Shown one piece after another: positions 57,101 through 64,000 of a stretch of 64,000 bases of DNA. Made by a program: the position numbers and the translations under genes. The first letter of the stretch is position 1. Every line of letters begins with the position of its first letter. The DNA lies in the NCBI GenBank assembly GCA_035545995.1, contig DASZXH010000044.1, positions 1,527 to 65,526 of the forward strand, written 5' to 3'. The notes beneath the pieces were generated by a model, which searched no databases, was not told the origin of the DNA, and saw only the letters and a program-made list of their open reading frames with translations. The DNA is from Verrucomicrobiia bacterium (lineage in GTDB: Bacteria > Verrucomicrobiota > Verrucomicrobiia > Limisphaerales > UBA11358).

Positions 57101-57691
57101 CTGGTTGCGACAACGGCCAGCACGGGCGGTGGTAATTACACCGTTGCGGACGCTGCGACTTTGGGTATCAACGTGGCCACAGCCAATGGTTCGCTCAATG
57201 TCTATTCATTGACGCTGGGCGCTTCGTCGCTTGAGTTTCAAAACTTGAACAGCACAACCACGGCGGCTATCAACGCTCAAGCGATTAACCAGACCGGCAA
57301 TGTGGTCATCAATGTGACCAGCGGTTCGTTGGTCGCGGGTCAGAGCTATCCACTTTTAAGCTATTCGAGTTCGTTTGGTAGCGGCGCTTTCACTCTCGGC
57401 ACATTGCCTGACGGCGTGACGGCCACGCTGAACACCAGTGCCAGCCCGATCACGCTGCAAGTTTCAAGCGTTGTGAACCCGACGCCGACCAATATCGTGA
57501 CGACATACACCAATGGCACGCTGACATTGCAATGGCCGGCGGATCATATCGGCTGGCTGTTGGAATCCAATTCCATTGATTTGGGTAACACCAACGATTG
57601 GTTTGTGATTCCAAATTCTTCCGGCACAAACGTTATAAATATCCAGGTTGACCCGAATTCACCGCACGTTTTCTATCGGATGAGCCATTGA
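54146..57691 (+). CDS. giant secreted autotransporter-associated beta-strand-repeat protein
   Basis: It has a signal peptide and repeated 'G.GTL.L...N.Y.GGT...GG.LQ.G' units. There are two ~434-aa tandem modules and a C-terminal 'LQWPADHIGWLLESN...VFYRM' domain. Confidence 0.8.
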   Translation: MKKSIMVSVQTAVIAASFALSLPLRATVTNIVCNSADYTCQPTSGVNNPVSSSTDAIGFAGSPGSSWCAILMFPLPTLPPGKIVGPQTTLSVTLSSIGASTTINGDLWGVANFRNTLPGATPDSTYWYYLANDTGPGSNPTPTDTKLMDNFLTPSLINQAGAIVSTPTGTTNNLQNYIQNFYINNPGYDASVSQAYVWVRINPDSASTSTANRYVIIAGDSSTSKPTLNLDIADIPTNTLVWNGNASAVWDDSTANWKSNNITGFVYQDGANVIFDDTFSANPAVTLDTTVLPTSVTVNNSVANYSISGSGNISGAASLLKLGTGTLVLDTDNDYSGGTILAGGVLQIGNGDTHGSIGSGPLTNNINGTALVFNRTDAISVNTITRNSSYNASIVVNSGSVSLGGTDDNSGTLATVNSGGTLILAKPSSSSAHALGSSSTINAGGVMQLGGTGGDQIYQSAYITNNGTFDLAGLSEGFNGMTGNGLVTNSAIGNSTLQLGDGGGTASFAGSIVDGAGAVALIKTGAGTQTLTGTNTYSGGTTVNGGKLVVLTSGNGGDYTVTNSATLGINVAAINAALDINTLNLGTAKIEFQSINSATVAPLQIGNLVLNGTVTINITNNSITYLPGQSYPLIAYTNLSGSGSFVIGTLPTGVSGSLDTSASPIKFVVSNVPVTWNGNVSGVWDINTTPNWKFGTLTGLVYPDNEPVTFDDTLSGTSSIDLEAYVNPISVTFSNSTHAYIVSGPGDISGPGLFTKTGTNILILDTDNDYYGGTVLSGGTLQIGNNDTHGNLGTGPLTNLVGGTILAFNRTDSITVNTITRTTVDNSAHIVVNSGIVSLGGTGDNAGTLATVNSGATLILAKDSSSTVHALSGIGGLVINPGGTMQLGGYGNDQIYTSSILTDNGTFDMAGYNEGFDGLNGNGIVTDSAGGSSTLQLGENNGSYTFDGAIVNGNGVLGLTKVGAGTLILTGASSYNGDTTVSTGKLVATTASTGGGNYTVADAATLGINVATANGSLNVYSLTLGASSLEFQNLNSTTTAAINAQAINQTGNVVINVTSGSLVAGQSYPLLSYSSSFGSGAFTLGTLPDGVTATLNTSASPITLQVSSVVNPTPTNIVTTYTNGTLTLQWPADHIGWLLESNSIDLGNTNDWFVIPNSSGTNVINIQVDPNSPHVFYRMSH

Positions 57692-57736
57692 AACGTGTCT
57701 TTGATTTGAATTTCAGACACGCCAAGGTTAATAAAA

Positions 57737-57768
57737 CGCCGTTTGCCGCAGTCGGGCGGCAAACGGCG
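57737..57768 (+). terminator. terminator-like hairpin after the giant gene
   Basis: CGCCGTTTGCCG-cagtcggg-CGGCAAACGGCG has a perfect 12-bp stem. The downstream T-tract is weak. Confidence 0.5.
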
Positions 57769-57795
57769 AAACTTTTCAGGATAAATCACAAATTC

Positions 57796-59964
57796 ATGCT
57801 GCTTAAAATTGTCCAAATCACGCTGATTTTTTTAGGTGTTCCCCTTGCAATGCTGGCTGTGGATTCTTCGCCGGAAAAATATCTCTCCCTGTTGCAAAAA
57901 CCCGGCACGCTGGAGCAAGCCGAAAATCAAGCCCGACAACTCATGCAGGCCATGACGCCCGAAGAACGGTTTGATTTCGTCTGTGGCAGCGGTTTTGGCG
58001 TTCGCGCAATTCCGCGGCTGGGCATTCCTGAATTGCGTTTTGGCGATGCCAGTTGCGGATTACGGATTGCCGCCGACCCGACCGGAAAACATGTGACCAC
58101 GGCATTTCCCTGCACGTTATTACTGGCGGCGACGTGGGACACCAACGCTTTTCAGGAATACGGAAAATCGGTGGCCGAGGAATTTCGCGCGGACGGGCGG
58201 CATTTCATTCTCGGTCCCGGCATGAATCTTTACCGGAATTCAAAAGACGGTCGTAATTTTGAATTTCTGGGCGAAGACCCATTTCTGGCGGGCGAAGCGG
58301 TTACGGCGTATGTTCGCGGAGCGCAAAGCGTCAATGTCGGCACGACATTGAAACATTTTATCGGCAATGAAACCGAAAACCGGCGGCGGGCGGAAAACAC
58401 CATCGTGGACGACCGGACGCTGCATGAAATTTACATGGCTCCATTCAAAGCCGGCATTGACGTGGGCGCGTGGGCGGTGATGACTTCCTACAATCTGGTC
58501 AACGGAGAATGGGCGGGACAAAGCAAATTTGTCAGCACCGAACTGTTGCGCCATCAACTTGGATTCCAATACCTGATTATGACGGATTGGAGCTCGACCT
58601 GGCATGGCGATTTGCTGGCACAATCGGGAAACGACCTCGAAGAACCAAACGGCTTCGCATTAAAACTGGATCGCGACAAGATTTTTGGCAGCGCCAACAT
58701 TGACCGCATGGCGGTAGATATTCTCAAAACCGGCATTGCGTCCGGCATTTACGAATTGGAGGCGAAAAAAGAATTTAAGAAACCTGAATGGCTGGCCAAA
58801 TATCCCGAACATGAAAAATTTGCCGGACAGGTCAACCGCGAAGGAATTGTGCTGCTCGCCAACAATGGGCTGTTACCGCTGGAATCCGAAATGGCAGGAA
58901 AAATTCTCGTCAGCGGAAACGCCGCGACGTTGAAGGAATTGGGCGGCGGCGGTTCGGGGCACGTCGTCGGCTACAACTTGAACACGTATCTTCAAGCGGT
59001 TCAAAAAACTTTTGGCGTCAACAATGTCATTTATTCCGAAAATCCAACCGATGACGAAATCCGTTCGGCCAAACTGGTTTTGTTGTTCGCCGGGCGAACG
59101 CCGCGCAGCGGCTACGAAGGCGAAGCATCCAATCACACCTTCGAGTTGCCCGACGACGCCTTGATTTCGCGTTGCACAACATTGAATTCCCAAACCGTCG
59201 TGAATTTAATTTGCGGCGGCGGCGCGCAAATGGATTGGGCGAATCAAGCCGCGGCCATTATCCTCGCATTTTATGGCGGGCAAACGGGAGCGGCCGCATT
59301 GTTGGATGTTCTGACCGGAAACACCAATCCATCCGGCAAACTGCCGTTCACAATTGAAAAACATTTTCAGGATTCCTGCGCCGCCGGCGATGATGATTTG
59401 GTGAAAACAGGCAAAATAATTGTTGATCCAAAGGAACTTGCCCGCCGCGCCGGAGCATCGCGTCACAGTGATTTTGTGTCCCGACAAGGAAGCAGCGAAT
59501 TTTACACTTACGACTTGGAATACAAGGAAGGCATTTTTGTCGGGTATCGTTGGTATGACGAAAAAAACATTCAGCCGCGTTTCCCTTTCGGGTTCGGGCT
59601 TTCATACACCAAATTCGCCTATTCTGATTTGAACGTTGTTACCAACGAGAAATCAGCATCGCTTTCGGTAGCTGTCAATTTCAAGATTGCCAACGTCGGG
59701 AAACGAGCCGGTGATGAAATTGCGGAGATTTACGTTGAATATCCGCAAACCGATGTGCCGCAACCGAAAAAACAACTCAAAGGATTTACCCGCGTGCACT
59801 TGTCTCCCGGTGAAACCGAGAACGTTTCAATTCATTTGGGCGCGGAAGCATTTTCGTATTGGCACCCGCAAAAAAAGGTTTGGATGCCGGCAACAGGCAC
59901 CTTCAAAATTGATGTCGGCGCGTCTGCTCAAGACCTCAAGCTGGCTCAAAATGTAAATTTTTGA
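57796..59964 (+). CDS. glycoside hydrolase family 3 beta-glucosidase with C-terminal Fn3-like domain
   Basis: 'KHFIGNETENRR' and 'LIMTDWSS' (nucleophile Asp region) are present, plus the C-terminal 'GFGLSYTKF'. The start was set at ATG 57796, which gives a signal peptide. Confidence 0.9.
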   Translation: MLLKIVQITLIFLGVPLAMLAVDSSPEKYLSLLQKPGTLEQAENQARQLMQAMTPEERFDFVCGSGFGVRAIPRLGIPELRFGDASCGLRIAADPTGKHVTTAFPCTLLLAATWDTNAFQEYGKSVAEEFRADGRHFILGPGMNLYRNSKDGRNFEFLGEDPFLAGEAVTAYVRGAQSVNVGTTLKHFIGNETENRRRAENTIVDDRTLHEIYMAPFKAGIDVGAWAVMTSYNLVNGEWAGQSKFVSTELLRHQLGFQYLIMTDWSSTWHGDLLAQSGNDLEEPNGFALKLDRDKIFGSANIDRMAVDILKTGIASGIYELEAKKEFKKPEWLAKYPEHEKFAGQVNREGIVLLANNGLLPLESEMAGKILVSGNAATLKELGGGGSGHVVGYNLNTYLQAVQKTFGVNNVIYSENPTDDEIRSAKLVLLFAGRTPRSGYEGEASNHTFELPDDALISRCTTLNSQTVVNLICGGGAQMDWANQAAAIILAFYGGQTGAAALLDVLTGNTNPSGKLPFTIEKHFQDSCAAGDDDLVKTGKIIVDPKELARRAGASRHSDFVSRQGSSEFYTYDLEYKEGIFVGYRWYDEKNIQPRFPFGFGLSYTKFAYSDLNVVTNEKSASLSVAVNFKIANVGKRAGDEIAEIYVEYPQTDVPQPKKQLKGFTRVHLSPGETENVSIHLGAEAFSYWHPQKKVWMPATGTFKIDVGASAQDLKLAQNVNF

Positions 59965-59969
59965 TTGGA

Positions 59970-62144
59970 TTATTTTGCCGGAGGAAGTTGAAAATCCGGC
60001 GCACCAAATTGCCACAGAAGAAAAGTCAGCATGTCGGCAAATTGTTCTTCGCTTTGTTTCTTGGTGTTGCCGATGCCGTGTCCGGCTTCGTAATCCACGC
60101 GCAATAAAACCGGTTTGCCGCTGGCGGTGGCGGCTTGCAAACGCGCGGCCATTTTTGCCGATTGCCACGGCTCGACACGCGGATCATTGATGCCGGTCGT
60201 CAGCAGCACAGCGGGATAATCCGTTTCATCCACAATGTGATGATACGCGCTCATTTCGTAAAGCGCCTTGAATCCGTTCTCGGTTTTCACGCTGCCGAAT
60301 TCGGGAATGTTCGGCACGCCGTTGGGCGTCGTTTCGATACGCAGCATATCCAGACAACCGACTTGGATGATGGCTGCACCAAATAAATCGGGACGTTCCG
60401 TGATGGCGCGGCCAATCAAAATGCCGCCCGCGCTGCCGCCGGTTCCAGCCAATTTGGCCGGCGAAGTGTATTGGTTTTGAACCAGATATTCCCCGCACGC
60501 GATGAAATCCTTCCATGTGTTCGGCTTGGTTTGTTTGTAGCCGGCTTTATACCAATCCTCGCCGTATTCGCCGCCGCCGCGCACGTGGGCGACGGCATAA
60601 ACGCCGCCTTTTTCATACCACGCCAGCAATGCAGGACTGAAACCGGGGTCGCGTGAAATGCCATACGCGCCATAGCCTGCCAGCAATGCGGGATTTGAAC
60701 CGTCCAATTTGATGCCGCGTTTGTAAATGATGGACAACGGAATCATCACGCCGTCGTGACTGCGCGCTTTGACCTCGACGGATTCCAAATCATCCGGCGC
60801 GTCGAATTTTCCCAGCGGCTGTAATTCCGTGTTCGTGATTTTTTTGGTTTGCGGGTCATAAGCGTAAATCTGCCCGGCCTTCGTCCACGTGGCCATGTCC
60901 AGCAAAGTTCCGCTAACCCGCGAATCCGTTGCCATGAGCGATAGTGAACCGTCAAACGGCAGCGCAACTTGTTCTGTTTTTCCGTCAAATGACACGCGCA
61001 AGAGCCGTCCAATGCCGCCGTCGCGCAATTGCACATACAGCGCGTCCTTCGCAACGGCCACGCCGGTAATCACCGCGTCGCCGGCGGCCACAATTGTTTT
61101 GGCCGTCGCCAAATCCGGTTTGGCCAGCGAAGTTTCGATGATTTCAAAGCGCGGCGAATTTTTGTGCGTCAGCAAATAAATTTCTTTTCCGTTCACGGCA
61201 AAATCCGTGGCGCCGTCCTCAACATCGCAAATTTTTTGCCACGGCGTATTGGTTTTGCCTACGGACGCGAGCGGCGCGGCGTATAAAGTCATTTCGCGCC
61301 GCGTTCCATGTTCAATGATTCCAAAGGCGTATTTGGAATTTGGCGCTGTGCTGACAAACGAATCATCTGCCGCGTCCATTTTCACGAGCGGCGAAACTTC
61401 GTAGCCGAAAACCGCCGCGTCCTTATCGGCGTCGCTGCCAATTGTATGCAAATAGACGCGGCTTTTCTGGTAACGCTCCGTTTCCGCCATGCCGGGTTCC
61501 AATTTTTGCAGGCGATTGTAGAAAAACGATTTTCCATCGGGACGCCAATTGACGCCGCCAAATTGCGCACGGTCAATCGGCGAATCCACTTCCTTGCCCG
61601 TCGCCGTTTCCAGCACGTGAATTGCCGCGTCTTCCGAACCGGCGGCGGAAAGTCCGCACGCGACGAATTTTCCGTTGGGCGACGGTTCATAATAATTGAT
61701 GGCAAACGGTTTGCCGGCGGCTTTCGCAAATTTCTCCGGGTCGAGCAACAAGGTTTCTTTTCCGTCCAAACCATCGCGCGCGTAAAGTTTGAACGTGTTG
61801 TCATGCGGCAATCGTTTTTCGTAAAAATACAAACCGTTCGGCAACCGGCGAACATCGCCGACGCGCTCGGCGACGGCGTTGTCCAATTCCTGAATCCGCG
61901 CGAGCAATTCTTTGCGCGCCGGAATCCCGTCCAACTGCGAGCGCGTGAAATCATTTTGCGCCTTTATCCATGCCGCGACGTTGGTGTCCGCCAGATTTTC
62001 CATGTAGCGATACGGGTCGTTCACGGCCACGCCGAAATAAACATTTGTTACATTTTCCACCGGCGCGACGGGCGGCATTGGCGCGGCAATCAAAGAATTC
62101 CAAACCAATTGCAGGCAAAAGCCCGCAGCCCACATTTTTTTCAT
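59970..62144 (-). CDS. prolyl oligopeptidase (S9A) family serine peptidase
   Basis: 'DPYRYMEN' lies at the N-terminus and 'GGSAGGILIG' is the catalytic Ser motif. The protein has a beta-propeller plus a hydrolase C-domain. The start is ATG 62144, with 62156 as an alternative. Confidence 0.9.
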   Translation of the reverse strand: MKKMWAAGFCLQLVWNSLIAAPMPPVAPVENVTNVYFGVAVNDPYRYMENLADTNVAAWIKAQNDFTRSQLDGIPARKELLARIQELDNAVAERVGDVRRLPNGLYFYEKRLPHDNTFKLYARDGLDGKETLLLDPEKFAKAAGKPFAINYYEPSPNGKFVACGLSAAGSEDAAIHVLETATGKEVDSPIDRAQFGGVNWRPDGKSFFYNRLQKLEPGMAETERYQKSRVYLHTIGSDADKDAAVFGYEVSPLVKMDAADDSFVSTAPNSKYAFGIIEHGTRREMTLYAAPLASVGKTNTPWQKICDVEDGATDFAVNGKEIYLLTHKNSPRFEIIETSLAKPDLATAKTIVAAGDAVITGVAVAKDALYVQLRDGGIGRLLRVSFDGKTEQVALPFDGSLSLMATDSRVSGTLLDMATWTKAGQIYAYDPQTKKITNTELQPLGKFDAPDDLESVEVKARSHDGVMIPLSIIYKRGIKLDGSNPALLAGYGAYGISRDPGFSPALLAWYEKGGVYAVAHVRGGGEYGEDWYKAGYKQTKPNTWKDFIACGEYLVQNQYTSPAKLAGTGGSAGGILIGRAITERPDLFGAAIIQVGCLDMLRIETTPNGVPNIPEFGSVKTENGFKALYEMSAYHHIVDETDYPAVLLTTGINDPRVEPWQSAKMAARLQAATASGKPVLLRVDYEAGHGIGNTKKQSEEQFADMLTFLLWQFGAPDFQLPPAK

Positions 62145-62278
62145 CGTCGCCGTCATAAGTTTAATTGTTGTGCTTCGACATTGTGCGGGATTGACCGGTT
62201 CAATTCCAGCAAACGCGTCTGCAAATTTTTGCGATTTCAATTGACGTGAAACGATGAAAGCGCGAAAACAAGTTCGCC

Positions 62279-62908
62279 GTGAAACCGAAAAACCTGTTTC
62301 TGGGACTGTGCGTGGCCGTGCTTCTGGTCAGCGAATTTTTTCTCTTCTCGGCCAACCGACAAAAGGACGCGGCGCAAAGCGCGTTGCAGGACGCAAAACA
62401 GCAGATCAGCCAATTGCAAAAAGAGTTGCAGCAGGCGACCAATTTCAACGCCACCGCCCGCAGCGTGGAATACTCGCGCCTGCGGGCGGAAAATCAGGAC
62501 TTGCCGCGTTTGCAGGGACAGCTTCAGCAATTGACGACGGCGAATCAGCAATTAAAACAGCAATTGGAGGAGGTGCGCACACAGGCGCAGCAGCAACAAC
62601 AGCAATTGCAACAGTTGCAGGCGCAAAATCAGCAACGGGAACAACAGGCGGAAATGGCGGCGCAGGAGCAATCCGAGACCGAAGATGAAAATGCCTGCCT
62701 CAATAATCTCCGCCAAATTGACGCGGCCAAGCAGCAATGGGCGTTGGAAAATAATAAAACTGCCGACGCCGTTCCGACCGAGCGGGATTTGTTGCCGTAT
62801 TTCAAAAATCAGACGTTTCCGGTTTGTCCTTCGGGTGGCGTTTATTCAATCAACGCGGTCAGTGTTTCCCCGTCTTGTTCCGTTCACGGGACATTGCCGT
62901 CACAATGA
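62279..62908 (+). CDS. TM-anchored Gln-rich coiled-coil protein with Cys-containing C-terminal domain
   Basis: An N-terminal TM helix is followed by a long 'QQLQ' heptad region. The C-terminus reads 'CLNNLRQIDAAKQQWALENNK...CPSGGVY...PSCSVHG'. Confidence 0.55.
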   Translation: MKPKNLFLGLCVAVLLVSEFFLFSANRQKDAAQSALQDAKQQISQLQKELQQATNFNATARSVEYSRLRAENQDLPRLQGQLQQLTTANQQLKQQLEEVRTQAQQQQQQLQQLQAQNQQREQQAEMAAQEQSETEDENACLNNLRQIDAAKQQWALENNKTADAVPTERDLLPYFKNQTFPVCPSGGVYSINAVSVSPSCSVHGTLPSQ

Positions 62909-62986
62909 TTGTAAAATTTTGACGGCCGGCGATTTGCTGATTTTCATTCTTGGCTTTCGTTGTTTCTCGCGTAAATTGTGCGCTCC

Positions 62987-64000
62987 ATGATTGAGACCGA
63001 CATCGAACTTTTGAAAGGCATCGCGAATCAACTGCGAATCCATTCCATCAACGCGACCACCGCGGCGGGCAGCGGACATCCCACCTCGTGCCTCTCGGCG
63101 GCGGACCTCGTGGCCACGCTGTTTTTCGGCCACACGAAATATGACCCGAAAAATCCGCGTTATTACAACAACGACCATTTTATTTTGTCAAAAGGTCATG
63201 CCGCGCCGTTGCTTTACGCGGTCTGGGCGGAAAACGGTTTCCTGCCGATTCCTGAATTGCTGACGCTCCGCCAGCTTAACAGCCCGCTCGAAGGTCATCC
63301 GACGCCGCGCCTCCCGTTTGTGGACGTCGCCACCGGTTCGCTCGGTCAGGGACTTGGCGTCGGGGTCGGCATCGCGCTGGCGGCGCGACTGGATAATCTG
63401 GATTACAACACTTACGTTTTACTCGGCGACGGCGAACTCGCCGAAGGCGCGGTTTGGGAAGCCGCCTCGCTTGCGGGCGTCAACAAGCTGAACAATTTGA
63501 TTGCCATCGTGGACGCCAATCGTCTCGGCCAAAGCGAAGCCACTGCGTTTGGCCATCACACTGAAGTGTATGCGGAACGCTTTGAAGCCTTCGGCTGGCG
63601 CGTGGAAACCGTGGACGGCCACGACATCGAAGAAATCGTCGAGGTTTTGAGCGGCATTGGATTGGATGACAAACCGCTCGCCATCATCGCCAAAACTTAC
63701 AAAGGCGCGGGCGTTTCTTTTTTGCAGGACAAGGACGGCTGGCACGGCAAACCGCTCAACAAGGAAGAGGCCGCGCGCGCCATTGCCGAACTGGCGCCCA
63801 CCGCAAAATCCGGCTTGAACGTTCCGATTCCTGCGCCGACGCCACTGCCCGAACCGCCAAACCCTGCGCCCGCGAGTTTCCCACCGCTCAATTACAAGCT
63901 GGGCGATTCAGTGGCGACGCGCGAAGCCTACGGCACGGCGCTCGAACGCATCGGCGGAGCCGACCAACGCATCGTTGCCGTGGACGGCGACACGAAAAAT
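62987..64000 (+). CDS. tkt: transketolase (3' end outside window)
   Basis: This gene is not in the ORF track because it has no stop within the window. Hand translation from ATG 62987 gives 'AAGSGHPTSCLSAADL', 'SKGHAAP', 'LLGDGELAEG' and then 'ATREAYGTALERIG'. So the TPP and Pyr domains are fused in a single ORF. Confidence 0.9.
   Translation, partial: MIETDIELLKGIANQLRIHSINATTAAGSGHPTSCLSAADLVATLFFGHTKYDPKNPRYYNNDHFILSKGHAAPLLYAVWAENGFLPIPELLTLRQLNSPLEGHPTPRLPFVDVATGSLGQGLGVGVGIALAARLDNLDYNTYVLLGDGELAEGAVWEAASLAGVNKLNNLIAIVDANRLGQSEATAFGHHTEVYAERFEAFGWRVETVDGHDIEEIVEVLSGIGLDDKPLAIIAKTYKGAGVSFLQDKDGWHGKPLNKEEAARAIAELAPTAKSGLNVPIPAPTPLPEPPNPAPASFPPLNYKLGDSVATREAYGTALERIGGADQRIVAVDGDTKN

Noticed and set aside
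1-64000. CRISPR arrays, prophage, integrase or transposase genes, and rRNA.
   Set aside because: No spacer-repeat periodicity was seen. The only arrays are 7-8-bp micro-repeats and REP-like hairpins. No recombinase-like ORFs were recognised, so the ORF6N and TA modules are the only mobile-looking items.

Overview
64-kb chromosomal window with about 57 protein-coding genes and one tRNA-Arg(CCG). No rRNA, CRISPR array, integrase or transposase was recognised. The gene content suggests a Verrucomicrobiota/PVC-type bacterium, but this is inference only. That content includes an H-X9-DG prepilin-like protein, a giant autotransporter-associated beta-strand-repeat protein, TAT-signal Gfo/Idh/MocA oxidoreductases, DUF1080 and several families of short palindromic REP-like elements. 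Most of the window is core or housekeeping: yebC, msrB, a stand-alone carB N-half, ruvB, hppA, recA, hemL, tkt, a DEAD-box helicase and an ECF sigma. It also carries glycan-utilisation genes: GH1, GH3, an esterase, and a sensor-kinase/regulator locus. The outstanding region is ~13.7-28.2 kb, a nitrite/NO-linked island. It holds quinol NO reductase (norZ), feoAB and a translationally coupled operon of mostly uncharacterised genes: cupin, tandem DUF2249, a 12-TM His-rich protein, DUF59, DUF2249 and YwiC-like. It also holds a second operon (DGC Zn-protein, OM porin, cytochrome-c-fused NirK, NirV, SCO) and a DUF2249 gene coupled to a Cys-poor Crp/Fnr (Dnr/NnrR-like) regulator. Three near-consensus FNR/Dnr boxes (TTGAY-N4-RTCAA) sit in front of norZ, the cupin operon and the nirK operon. 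Four other points deserve a second look. An ORF6N gene is bracketed by a 92-bp duplication of the carB 3' end. REP-like hairpins lie inside or abutting coding sequence. A VapBC45-like TA pair has a frameshifted toxin. An RGG-rich protein sits next to the DEAD-box helicase. All family assignments rest on motifs read by eye; no database search was run.
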